From contig VBML01000026.1 in assembly GCA_005878915.1 (NCBI GenBank), positions 1-56,882 of the forward strand: 56,882 nucleotides of DNA. Direction: 5' to 3'. The position numbers and the translations under genes were made by a program. Positions 44,449-52,846 of the stretch are shown here, in pieces (position 1 is the stretch's first letter; each line of letters starts with the position of its first letter). Under the pieces are notes generated by a model. That model made no database searches, had not been told where the DNA came from, and worked only from the letters and a program-made list of their open reading frames with translations. This DNA comes from Methanobacteriota archaeon. GTDB lineage: Archaea > Thermoplasmatota > Thermoplasmata > RBG-16-68-12.

Positions 44449-47049
44449 ATGAATGCATTCGTGGGCTGGCGACAGCTCTCCCCTCGACTAGCGATTGCCC
44501 TCCTGATGCTAGGCAGCCTAGCCGCGATCCCGCCGGCGTCCGCGGCGACGGACGTCCAGGCAGTCTCTCTCGCAACGGATCGCATCGACTACGTGAATGC
44601 CTCCGGGTTCAACCAGGTCACGGCGACCGCCACGGTCAACTTCAACGGCGCCGGGCCACTGGACCCGGTGATGTTCGAATGGTTCGCGCCGGGTGGCCCC
44701 TCACCCTTCCGCACCATGGAGGTCCCTCCGTCGCAGATCGCGACCCTAACCGCCACTGCATCCGACTCATGGGTCGTTGCCGGCGAGGGGAGTGGATTCT
44801 CGATTCTGGCGTCGATCAATCAGACCGTGGGCAACAACATGCTCCGTGTGACCTCCCCACCCGCCACGATCAACGTGTACAACCGGACGGGACTCGCTAT
44901 CGTGATGGACGTGGCGGTGACGACCTCGCCGGTATACGAGAACGGGACCGTCGCAACCGCGCGCGCGGACCTGAAGTATGCGTTCAACGCGAGCCATCTG
45001 CTGGGGGTCCAGTTCGACTGGTTTTATCCAGACGGGAGACCCGCGTATTCCGTGGTGGATTCGAGCCCTGTCCCCTTGTCGAACGCGAGTGCCCGAGCGA
45101 CGAGCAGCTGGACGATCGACCGCATTGGGACGGCGTTCCATGTGAACGCGACGTACCTCGGCGGGCCCCCGATCACGAACACGACGAGCTTCGACGTCCT
45201 CGAGCATCGGATCGGCAATTGGGTCCCCACCAACCCGTGGGTCGGCCGCCGGACCCTGGACCTGGCGTCGAGTCCGTGGGGGGTCTGCTCCAACGCCACC
45301 GTCCCGCAGGGGGCCGAGCTCTTCATCGAGGCGGGGGTCGAAATCCGGTTCTGCCCGGGTACGGGCCTGTCCGTGAGCGGGACCCTCACCGTTGACGCCC
45401 TCCCGACGAGGAAGGCGTACTTCCTGAGCCTGCCCCCCTTGGGGGAGCCGATGCGGGCGGGCGATTGGCGAGGGATCACGTTTTTCCCGGACGCCGCCCC
45501 CGACGCTTCCATCCTCTCGAACGTCGTCATCCAAGGCGTCACGGATGGGGTCGCTGTCCAAGGGACCGCGGTCACGATCGTAAACAGCACGATCGCCCTC
45601 GCGACCGGTGCCGCGATTCACCTTTCGAATTCGGCATCCCTCGTCGGGAACAACGAGATTACGCAGTCCGATGTGGGCATCCTCGTCCAGCGATCGGACG
45701 GCCCGACGATCGACTCGAATCGGATCCAGGGGGCCCGGGTCGGCATTCTTGTCGAGGACTCGGTCGCGGGCCTCGCGGGCAACGACGTCTCCTTGAGCAC
45801 GGAGGCGGGCATGAAGGCCGTCCGGTCGCGGGTCGTTGTGGACGGAGGGGTCTTCCGGGACAACGGGGACGTCGCCGTCTTCCTCACCGGCGTTCAGAGT
45901 GCGTATCTCCTGGGTTTGACCATCACAGGCGGCACGAACAGCCTGCGGGGGGACAACTCTCGGAATGTCGTCGTCGAACTGTCCACCCTGTCGGGTGCGC
46001 GCGATTGGTCCGTGCGATTGATCAACGTGACCGCGACGTTCATCAACACGACGCTCGCGGCAACACAGTACGACCTCGTCCTCATCGCCTCCCCCACGAC
46101 CTTGGTGAACAGCACCTACGGGAGGCTCTACCCGCCCCTGGGCTCGGCCCTCACGATCAAGAACTTCCTCCACGCGGTGGTGGAGTCGGACATCGTCGGC
46201 CGTCCACGGATCGCCCGGGCCTGGGTGAACGTGAGCTCGGACAACGTCGTTGTCGCGAGCCGACGGACGGACGCAGCGGGGGTGACCCGCTGGATCCTGT
46301 TGACGGATCGCATCGTGTTCCCGGGCCGCGTGCGGACGATGACGAACTCGATTGATGTCCGCTACGACGGCTATCTCGTCGAGGCGAGCCCCCGGACCGT
46401 GAGCATGATCACGAGCCATACGGAGCGCTTCTCCGTGATCCCGCTGACATCGAACCCCGGGGGGCCCTCCTTCGGAGTCGACCCGATGATCCTCGTCTTC
46501 CTCCTGGTCGTGATGGGGACCGTACTGTTGGCGATGCCTGCCATGCGACGTCGGCGGGCGTCCACGGGGCCGCCGCTGCCCCGCGCTGTGGCGGATGTCG
46601 TGTTGGAGCCCGGAAAGGCGTACCTTCTGAGCGACGAGAAGTCCGACCGGGCGTTCCAGATCTTTGCGTCCAAGCTCTCGAAGGGCGCCAAGGGCCTCGC
46701 GATCACTCGGATCTACCCGGACGAGGCGCGCCATCGGTATCGCCTGCGCGGCGCGTCGATCGTTTGGCTGAGCCGGGGTTACGGGAGAGAACGCATACGG
46801 CCCACGAACCTCGGCGCCCTAGTCCAGGAAGTCGAGCGGTTCGTGAGCGGAACGAAGGACACCGTAGTCCTCCTGGACGGACTGGAGTACCTTCTCGTCC
46901 AGAACGATCCGCAAAAGGTCGTCAAGTTCGTGCAGACGCTGTCGGACACCGCGTCCGTGCACCGCACGCGAATCCTCATCCCGTTCAACGTCAAGACGGT
47001 GGATGAGCCGCTCCGTGCCCTCATCACGCGGGACCTCCAGCCCCTGTGA
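44449..47049 (+). CDS. Transmembrane receptor-like protein: Ig-like x2 + parallel beta-helix ectodomain, one TM, cytoplasmic DUF835-like domain
   Basis: Signal peptide (LAIALLMLGSLAAIPPASA). Two similar Ig-like modules (F.WF.P.G.P). Beta-helix repeats (NSTIALATGAAIHLSNSASLVGNNEITQSDVGILV...). TM helix (ILVFLLVVMGTVLLAMPAM, then RRRRA). C-terminal LAITRIYPDE...IVWLSR...VVLLDGLEYLLVQND...FVQTL pattern. Confidence 0.85.
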   Translation: MNAFVGWRQLSPRLAIALLMLGSLAAIPPASAATDVQAVSLATDRIDYVNASGFNQVTATATVNFNGAGPLDPVMFEWFAPGGPSPFRTMEVPPSQIATLTATASDSWVVAGEGSGFSILASINQTVGNNMLRVTSPPATINVYNRTGLAIVMDVAVTTSPVYENGTVATARADLKYAFNASHLLGVQFDWFYPDGRPAYSVVDSSPVPLSNASARATSSWTIDRIGTAFHVNATYLGGPPITNTTSFDVLEHRIGNWVPTNPWVGRRTLDLASSPWGVCSNATVPQGAELFIEAGVEIRFCPGTGLSVSGTLTVDALPTRKAYFLSLPPLGEPMRAGDWRGITFFPDAAPDASILSNVVIQGVTDGVAVQGTAVTIVNSTIALATGAAIHLSNSASLVGNNEITQSDVGILVQRSDGPTIDSNRIQGARVGILVEDSVAGLAGNDVSLSTEAGMKAVRSRVVVDGGVFRDNGDVAVFLTGVQSAYLLGLTITGGTNSLRGDNSRNVVVELSTLSGARDWSVRLINVTATFINTTLAATQYDLVLIASPTTLVNSTYGRLYPPLGSALTIKNFLHAVVESDIVGRPRIARAWVNVSSDNVVVASRRTDAAGVTRWILLTDRIVFPGRVRTMTNSIDVRYDGYLVEASPRTVSMITSHTERFSVIPLTSNPGGPSFGVDPMILVFLLVVMGTVLLAMPAMRRRRASTGPPLPRAVADVVLEPGKAYLLSDEKSDRAFQIFASKLSKGAKGLAITRIYPDEARHRYRLRGASIVWLSRGYGRERIRPTNLGALVQEVERFVSGTKDTVVLLDGLEYLLVQNDPQKVVKFVQTLSDTASVHRTRILIPFNVKTVDEPLRALITRDLQPL

Positions 47050-47098
47050 CCCCTCCCGGCGGCACGGTTATTAGACGGCCCGGAAATACGCATCGTGC

Positions 47099-47818
47099 GT
47101 GGTTCGTCTCTACAAGACCTTCGTCCATGGGTTCGACGAGGAGATCGAAGGCGGGATTCCGCAGGGGCACGTCGTTCTTGTCGCGGGGCCCCCCGGGACC
47201 ATGAAGTCCTCCCTGGCGTACAGCATCCTGTACAACAACGCCCTCCATGACGGGACGTCCGGGGTCTACGTCACGATGGAACAGGACCGGGAGAGCCTGG
47301 AGTTCCAGATCACCCGCATGGGCATGGACCCGAAGAAGGTCGGGGACAAGGTGCGGATTCAGGACATCTCGCGGATCCGACGGGGGGTCGAGGAGCTGCG
47401 GGACACGTCACGGACCGGTTCTCCGGTCGAGAAACCGTGGCTCGACATCCTCAAGGGCCACCTCGAGGACGTCAAGGGGACGGGCGATTTCGCCCTCCTT
47501 GTCCTGGATTCCCTCCCGATCCTAGAAATCATCTCAGGGCTACGGGAGCGCCGGATCGGACTGTTCCACTTCTTTGGATGGTTGAAGGCACTCAAGGTCA
47601 CCACGTTCGTGATCTCGGAGGTCTCCCCGGACCCCAACATCGTTCGAGACGAAGACTTCCTTGCGGACGGGATCTTCGCGCTGACGATGGATCGCGTGGG
47701 GGAGCTGGATGTGTATCGGCGCATCCGGTGCGTGAAGATGCGCGGAGTGAACCACAATCCGGGGATTTTCACCCTGGAGGTCGAGGACGGCGCCTTCCGG
47801 GTCACGCGGGTGATCTAG
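47099..47818 (+). CDS. Single-domain KaiC/RecA-superfamily protein with non-canonical P-loop (GPPGTMKS)
   Basis: GFDEEIEGGIPQGHVVLVAGPPGTMKSSLAY, VYVTMEQ, LLVLDSL, RCVKMRGVNH. GTG start. Confidence 0.85.
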   Translation: MVRLYKTFVHGFDEEIEGGIPQGHVVLVAGPPGTMKSSLAYSILYNNALHDGTSGVYVTMEQDRESLEFQITRMGMDPKKVGDKVRIQDISRIRRGVEELRDTSRTGSPVEKPWLDILKGHLEDVKGTGDFALLVLDSLPILEIISGLRERRIGLFHFFGWLKALKVTTFVISEVSPDPNIVRDEDFLADGIFALTMDRVGELDVYRRIRCVKMRGVNHNPGIFTLEVEDGAFRVTRVI

Positions 47819-49020
47819 CTCGATTCCTGACGGAGCCTGAGGACTCGCAGGAGGGCCCGTTCTTCCGCGGAGAATCGCGCCTCGAGCCCTTCGAGGGAAT
47901 CCGCGGCGAGGAGCTTGATGCTCAGCGGGTTCCCCCGGGAGAGCCGGTAGATCTTCTCGAATTCCTCGTTTGGCATCCCCCTCGGGGCCAGCTTCCGGCA
48001 CTCCTGTTTCTCCAATCCCCCAATCGGCAGGACTTGCAACGCGATCGATTCCCGGAGGCGCGCGCCGTCGAGGAGCGGGGTTTCCGCGGTTAGGAGGAGC
48101 TTCCCCCCTCGCTTCCTCATGACTCCGATCAGCATCCGAGCCACCCCGTCGGGCGCGCGGTCCGCGTCGTCCAAGACGAGGAGCGCACGCGACGTCGGCC
48201 AGTCCCGCTCGAGAATTCCCTCCACCTCGTCGATGCGGGGGGCACGCTCCAGCAGGCGCGAGGAAAGGTCGCTGCGACCGACCGATGCGAGGAAGGCCCC
48301 CAGGGAACGCGTCATCCCCTCCAGCGGAGCCCCCTCCTTCGCGGTGTGCCAGAGCGTGTGTCGTTCCGGCTCGAGCGCCTCCAGGGCTTTCGACACGAGG
48401 GCGGTCTTTCCGATTCCCCGCGGGCCCACGACCAGGAGAGCGGGGGTCGTCGATGCGGCCCACTCGGCGATGGCCGCCAGCTCCGGCACGCGACCAAAGA
48501 AACTCTCGCCGGACGGTCGATCCTGTTCGTGGTGCGACATCGCGGCGCGTCCCCGCTCTGGCGTCACTCTCGCAAGGTCGAGGAGCCCCTCACGGTCCAC
48601 GTTCGAGAGGATCTCCGTCAGCGAGTACGGGCCGCCCGCGAGCTTGCGGGCCTCCCCCATGGCGAGGTCACGTACAGCTCCTCTCTCGTCCCGTACGGTC
48701 ACCATCGCCCGGTTCAGCTCCATGGCCAAGGCTTGTGCCGTCGAATGTCCCTCGGGGGTGATGAGGTAGACCTTCCTCTTCCGGACCTCACCCCGGACGC
48801 GCGCGGTGGACTCGGAGAGGCAGTTCTGCCCCTCGAGGGTCCTCATGGCGCGGGACACGTGGTTCACTCGAATCCGGAGGGCCCGCGCAATCCCCTCCTG
48901 CGTGAGCGGAAACGCGGCGTCTGCAATGTCCTTGTTCGCCGTGCGCTCGAAGAGGTGCAGCAGCGCGCGCTGATTGACGGTGAGCGTTCCCCGCCCGACG
49001 TGCTCCCCCAGACGAATCAT
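47815..49020 (-). CDS. Winged-helix + P-loop NTPase regulator (archaeal ATPase / STAND-like)
   Basis: N-terminal wHTH (LTQEGIARALRIRVNHVSRAMRTLEGQNCL...KVYLITPEG), Walker A VVGPRGIGKTAL, Walker B LLVLDDAD, and an LSRGNPLSIKLL motif as in STAND/LAL NTPases. ATG 49020 is preferred because the TATA box overlaps the first ATG (49047). Confidence 0.8.
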   Translation of the reverse strand: MIRLGEHVGRGTLTVNQRALLHLFERTANKDIADAAFPLTQEGIARALRIRVNHVSRAMRTLEGQNCLSESTARVRGEVRKRKVYLITPEGHSTAQALAMELNRAMVTVRDERGAVRDLAMGEARKLAGGPYSLTEILSNVDREGLLDLARVTPERGRAAMSHHEQDRPSGESFFGRVPELAAIAEWAASTTPALLVVGPRGIGKTALVSKALEALEPERHTLWHTAKEGAPLEGMTRSLGAFLASVGRSDLSSRLLERAPRIDEVEGILERDWPTSRALLVLDDADRAPDGVARMLIGVMRKRGGKLLLTAETPLLDGARLRESIALQVLPIGGLEKQECRKLAPRGMPNEEFEKIYRLSRGNPLSIKLLAADSLEGLEARFSAEERALLRVLRLRQESS

Positions 49021-49046
49021 CGCTAATCGACGATTTGACGGCGTCA

Positions 49047-49056
49047 TTAAAAAGGT
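49047..49056 (-). promoter_or_regulatory. TATA-like box for the wHTH-NTPase gene
   Basis: CCTTTTTAAT on the minus strand overlaps the first in-frame ATG (49047) and is centred about 31 nt upstream of the second ATG (49020). Confidence 0.45.
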
Positions 49057-49225
49057 ATCGTGGGCGAAGCGATGGCGAGGTCGATTCCATGTTCGCGGAG
49101 TTCCGGAAGTGGTGTCACGCGAGGGGGAAGGTCACCACCGTCCTCGGGATGGGGTTTTTCAAGTACCCTTGGCCGAAGTTGAAAGCAGAAGGTCCATCGG
49201 CCGGCTCTGCCGTGACCCGGGGGTA

Positions 49226-52200
49226 TCAGGCTCGATTTGCGGCCCTGATTGCGTCCTGGGCGTGCTCCCACGCTTCTCCGAATTCCTCGATGGCCTCGGC
49301 GTATTCGAGCTGGCCCCACTCCTGATAGGCGTCCAGGAGCTCCTCTTCCGCCTCGGCGATCTCGTGCTGGACTTCCTGCGTGTTGTTCGGGTTGCGGATG
49401 GGCGTGTCCCGCGCGTCCCCCAGAGCCACGAGGGCGAGGAGCTCGTCCGCCTTCACGAGGAGGTTCGCGATCAGATCGCACTCCGAGGCAAGCGTCGCGC
49501 GCTCCGTCGCGGTCCACCTGCGCTCGTCAAGGTTGCATGACACGGGGCCCCCCTCCTCCTGGAGGAGCGCTTCGACCGCGTCCTCTTCCTCCTCGAACAC
49601 CTCCTCGCCTTCTTTCGGGTTGAGGTGGGTCGCGTCGATCCACCACGGCTCCATTTCATACCGGAACGAGAGGTGGGCGACCATGTCCGAACCGAGGAAC
49701 AGGGCGACCGGAAGGCTCACGTCATCGGCGTGGAACTTCAGTGTAACGCCCCGCTTCCCATGGCTGGAGGTCACATCGAACCGCTGGAGCCACGCGTCCA
49801 CGCGGAGCCGCCCCTCGAAGCTGAGGTCCTTGTTGGGCCACCCCCTCGGCAGGTCGATCATCGTGACCGCGTCGTTCGCCCACGCGAGCCGGAGGGTCCG
49901 GTAGGCGGGTAGCTTGGGAGTCCACGAGGGGCCCAGCAGGACGCGCACCTCGTTGTTGCCCCTCCGGGTCACGGTGACGTCGGGGCCGAGGGCGACCGTG
50001 ATCCCCACCGGCTCGAAAGGATCCTCGATCCCCAGGCTCTCCCATACTTCCTCCTCCGCCTTGTCGAGGTGCTCCAGGAACTCCTTGTCCCCGCGGGCCA
50101 TCGCGACGTACTTCAGTGCTTTGATCCGCTGAATCGCCTCGTGCTTCAGGTCCCCGGGGGACGCGATGTGGATGGGCAAGGAAGTCGTCGAGGAACCGCC
50201 ATCATCGTCGGACGCCCGAAGGCGAACGAGGTAGTCCCCGGGCGAATACGAGTGGCTCACTCGACTCGACGCGGCAACGGGGAACGTCCCGCCGGGGCTT
50301 GGGAAGGGGTCGGGGCCTGCACCGTCGTTGAACGTCGTCGAAGTGGCCGTAGCCGATCCGTCGCCGAAGTCCCAGAGGAAGGTCAGGTCGTCGCTGCCCG
50401 GGTCCGTCCCTGCGCCGGTGAAGTCGATCGGGATGAAGGGGAAAAGGTCGCTGGAGGGCAGGTGCCCCGGAACGGTCTGTGCAACGTTCTTGATCGTGGG
50501 CGTGGGCGCGACGTTCCGGACATCGACCGAGGTGACGTACCGCGCGGACCCGCCGTCGTCATCGGTGACGGTGAGGGTCACTGTGCAGGCGCAGTCGTCC
50601 CCATACGTGTGGCTCGAGGCATCGCTCGCCGTGAACGGATACGTCCCGCCAGGAGAGCCGGGGGGATCAGGGCCGATTCCGTTGTTGTAATACACGTGCA
50701 GGTCCGTCGGGCCGAAGTCCCATGACCAGGAAAACGCGAGATCATCGCTGCCAGGGTCCGTCGCGGTGGCGGTCAGGGTGACCTGCGTGCCCTCGGATAC
50801 CCCAACCTTCGCGGAATCCACAGAGACTGATGGGGGCAGGTTCCCCACCGAGAACGTTCCGGACAACGTCGTAACACCGCCGTCGTCGTCCTGGGCCTTG
50901 ACCGTCCACGCGAAGCCGCCGTTGTCGCCGCAGACGACGGTCTGTGTGTCTGTGATGTCCCTCGGGTGCACCTGGGGGCTCGGGTCCGGATCCGGCACCA
51001 CCGCGGGGTCATTCGGATAGAACACGAGGCTGGACCACCCGGAGCACGACCCGCTCCAGGACACCGTCAGGTCGTCGCTGCCCGGATCTTGGATGCGGGC
51101 CTCGAACGTGAGCGTGGCGCCCTCGTCTCCCGAGGGGATGGCGGTTAGTTCGATGGAGGGTGAGGCGTTGCTCACCGGGACCGTGAGATCCTGCAGGACG
51201 GAGCCTTCGTCGTCGTCGACGATCGCGATTGTGATGGGATAGGCGAAGTCGTCGCCGTACGTGTGGGTGATTGTGAACGTCCCCGTAGCGGCCGGGGGAT
51301 CGTGCGTGGACGTGAGGGTGACGGTCTCCAGGGCCCCGCCGCCCCAGTCGATGAACGCCGTGTGCGTGTCGAGCCATCCTGGGTCGGAGAACGTCACCGT
51401 GATCGTCGCAGGCGAGCCTTCCACCGCACCCGTGACGAAGAAAGAGTCGATTCGCGGCGGGGCGTTGCTGATTGTGTATCCCGCGCTCGTGGACGCGGTG
51501 AGCTCACCGTCAGAGACTTCGACGGTCACCGTCCCCACGAGGTTGTCCCCGAACGTGACCGGGGGAGAAATCGGCGAGGACATCCAGCCCGTGTCCCAGG
51601 TCCCGTCGCTCGTGAAGTCCCAACGGTACTGGAGGTCGTCCCCGTCGGGGTCCGTCGACCCGCTCGCGTCGAACTGTATCGGCGAGCCCTCCACTCCTGT
51701 GAAAGGACCCGTGATGACGGCGGTGGGTGCGCGGTTCACGCTGAAGACGTCCACGATGGGGATCTCCGAATGGGCGTCCACGGTTTCATCCGCATTCGTG
51801 TCGACCTCGGCGCGGGGGAGCTCGATCCGTCCCGCGTGGAGGCGCGGAGTCTGGAGCTGGTATCGCAGCTTGATCCCCTGGTACGGGGTCGGCGCGTTCA
51901 GGTCCTTCCCCGTGACATCCGCCGCGGGAAGGTCGACCGCCCACGTCACGGTCTTCGTTCCGTCGGAGTTCTGTGTCTCGCTCGTGGGTGTGACGGAGTA
52001 GCTGCCGGGCACGACGGACCAGCCCGCGGGAATCCGGTCGGACACGATGGCCCCATGGGCGTCCACGTCTGACCCGCTGTTGTCGCCCTTCACCGCGATG
52101 TTCGTTGCGGCGACCGTGACGGATATGATCTGCCCCGCTGTACTCGGAATCTCCTTCCACATCGGTGCCTTCCCGACGACGATTGTTGCGTGTTCGCTCA

Positions 52201-52789
52201 GGTAGTTCCAAACGTCGATCTGCGTGTTCTTCGTCTCGGAGTCAAAATATGGACTCGCGATGATATCTTGGAGGGCCGTGGGCAGGATTTCGCCGCCGAG
52301 GACGATGTCGACGCCCGCTTGGGTGTACTGGAAGTGCTCCGTGCACCACCATGGGGGCGGTGGGAGGAAGCCCTGGAGCCATTCATCCGCGTAGCTGTAT
52401 GTGACGGAGCTTCCGGGGGAGAGTGTGGCGGTGGTCAGGGCGCCGTCTTGGGTCGTCGGGTCACCAGGATCGACGGCGAACTGTGCCGGACTCGGGCTCA
52501 TCAGCATGGAGGGTTCATCGACGACGACGGAGGCCGGGGCGGATGGCGATACGGAGACACGGTAGCCGACCGGCAGCGTGACGGTGAAGCCGCCGCGGTC
52601 GTACGTGATGTCCACCTGGGTGACCGTGACCCAACCGCGCGCGTATCCCTCCCAGATCTTGATGGGCCCGCCGGAGGTCGGCGAGGGAGCGCCAAGCAGG
52701 AGGGAGCCCGCCGCAGAGGAAGCGAGCACTGCTGCAAGGACAACACAGGCGAAACCCCGGCCCATTCGTCCCCCTTCGACTGCATGCAT
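49226..52789 (-). CDS. Giant secreted protein with ~6 PKD-like domains and the shared helical C-terminal module
   Basis: 1187 aa. Signal peptide (FACVVLAAVLASSAAG). Repeated ..DPGSDDL...W.FGDG...Y...G.Y.V.L...DDDGG.. units. The C-terminal ~310 aa align with the end of 10463..13282. An alternative start, ATG 52765, is preceded by GGGGGA. Confidence 0.85.
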   Translation of the reverse strand: MHAVEGGRMGRGFACVVLAAVLASSAAGSLLLGAPSPTSGGPIKIWEGYARGWVTVTQVDITYDRGGFTVTLPVGYRVSVSPSAPASVVVDEPSMLMSPSPAQFAVDPGDPTTQDGALTTATLSPGSSVTYSYADEWLQGFLPPPPWWCTEHFQYTQAGVDIVLGGEILPTALQDIIASPYFDSETKNTQIDVWNYLSEHATIVVGKAPMWKEIPSTAGQIISVTVAATNIAVKGDNSGSDVDAHGAIVSDRIPAGWSVVPGSYSVTPTSETQNSDGTKTVTWAVDLPAADVTGKDLNAPTPYQGIKLRYQLQTPRLHAGRIELPRAEVDTNADETVDAHSEIPIVDVFSVNRAPTAVITGPFTGVEGSPIQFDASGSTDPDGDDLQYRWDFTSDGTWDTGWMSSPISPPVTFGDNLVGTVTVEVSDGELTASTSAGYTISNAPPRIDSFFVTGAVEGSPATITVTFSDPGWLDTHTAFIDWGGGALETVTLTSTHDPPAATGTFTITHTYGDDFAYPITIAIVDDDEGSVLQDLTVPVSNASPSIELTAIPSGDEGATLTFEARIQDPGSDDLTVSWSGSCSGWSSLVFYPNDPAVVPDPDPSPQVHPRDITDTQTVVCGDNGGFAWTVKAQDDDGGVTTLSGTFSVGNLPPSVSVDSAKVGVSEGTQVTLTATATDPGSDDLAFSWSWDFGPTDLHVYYNNGIGPDPPGSPGGTYPFTASDASSHTYGDDCACTVTLTVTDDDGGSARYVTSVDVRNVAPTPTIKNVAQTVPGHLPSSDLFPFIPIDFTGAGTDPGSDDLTFLWDFGDGSATATSTTFNDGAGPDPFPSPGGTFPVAASSRVSHSYSPGDYLVRLRASDDDGGSSTTSLPIHIASPGDLKHEAIQRIKALKYVAMARGDKEFLEHLDKAEEEVWESLGIEDPFEPVGITVALGPDVTVTRRGNNEVRVLLGPSWTPKLPAYRTLRLAWANDAVTMIDLPRGWPNKDLSFEGRLRVDAWLQRFDVTSSHGKRGVTLKFHADDVSLPVALFLGSDMVAHLSFRYEMEPWWIDATHLNPKEGEEVFEEEEDAVEALLQEEGGPVSCNLDERRWTATERATLASECDLIANLLVKADELLALVALGDARDTPIRNPNNTQEVQHEIAEAEEELLDAYQEWGQLEYAEAIEEFGEAWEHAQDAIRAANRA

Positions 52790-52846
52790 ATTGATAGGGG
52801 GGCTTTAAAAGCCTTGGGGTTGGAGCAACTCCTACGCGCCGATTTT

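Noticed and set aside
49035-49325. 96-aa plus-strand ORF (MTASLKRYRG...MFAEFRKWCHARG...) in the gap between the wHTH-NTPase and the giant PKD gene.
   Set aside because: It starts inside the TATA/5' region of the minus-strand gene and runs antisense into the 3' end of the PKD gene. It has no motifs and odd composition.
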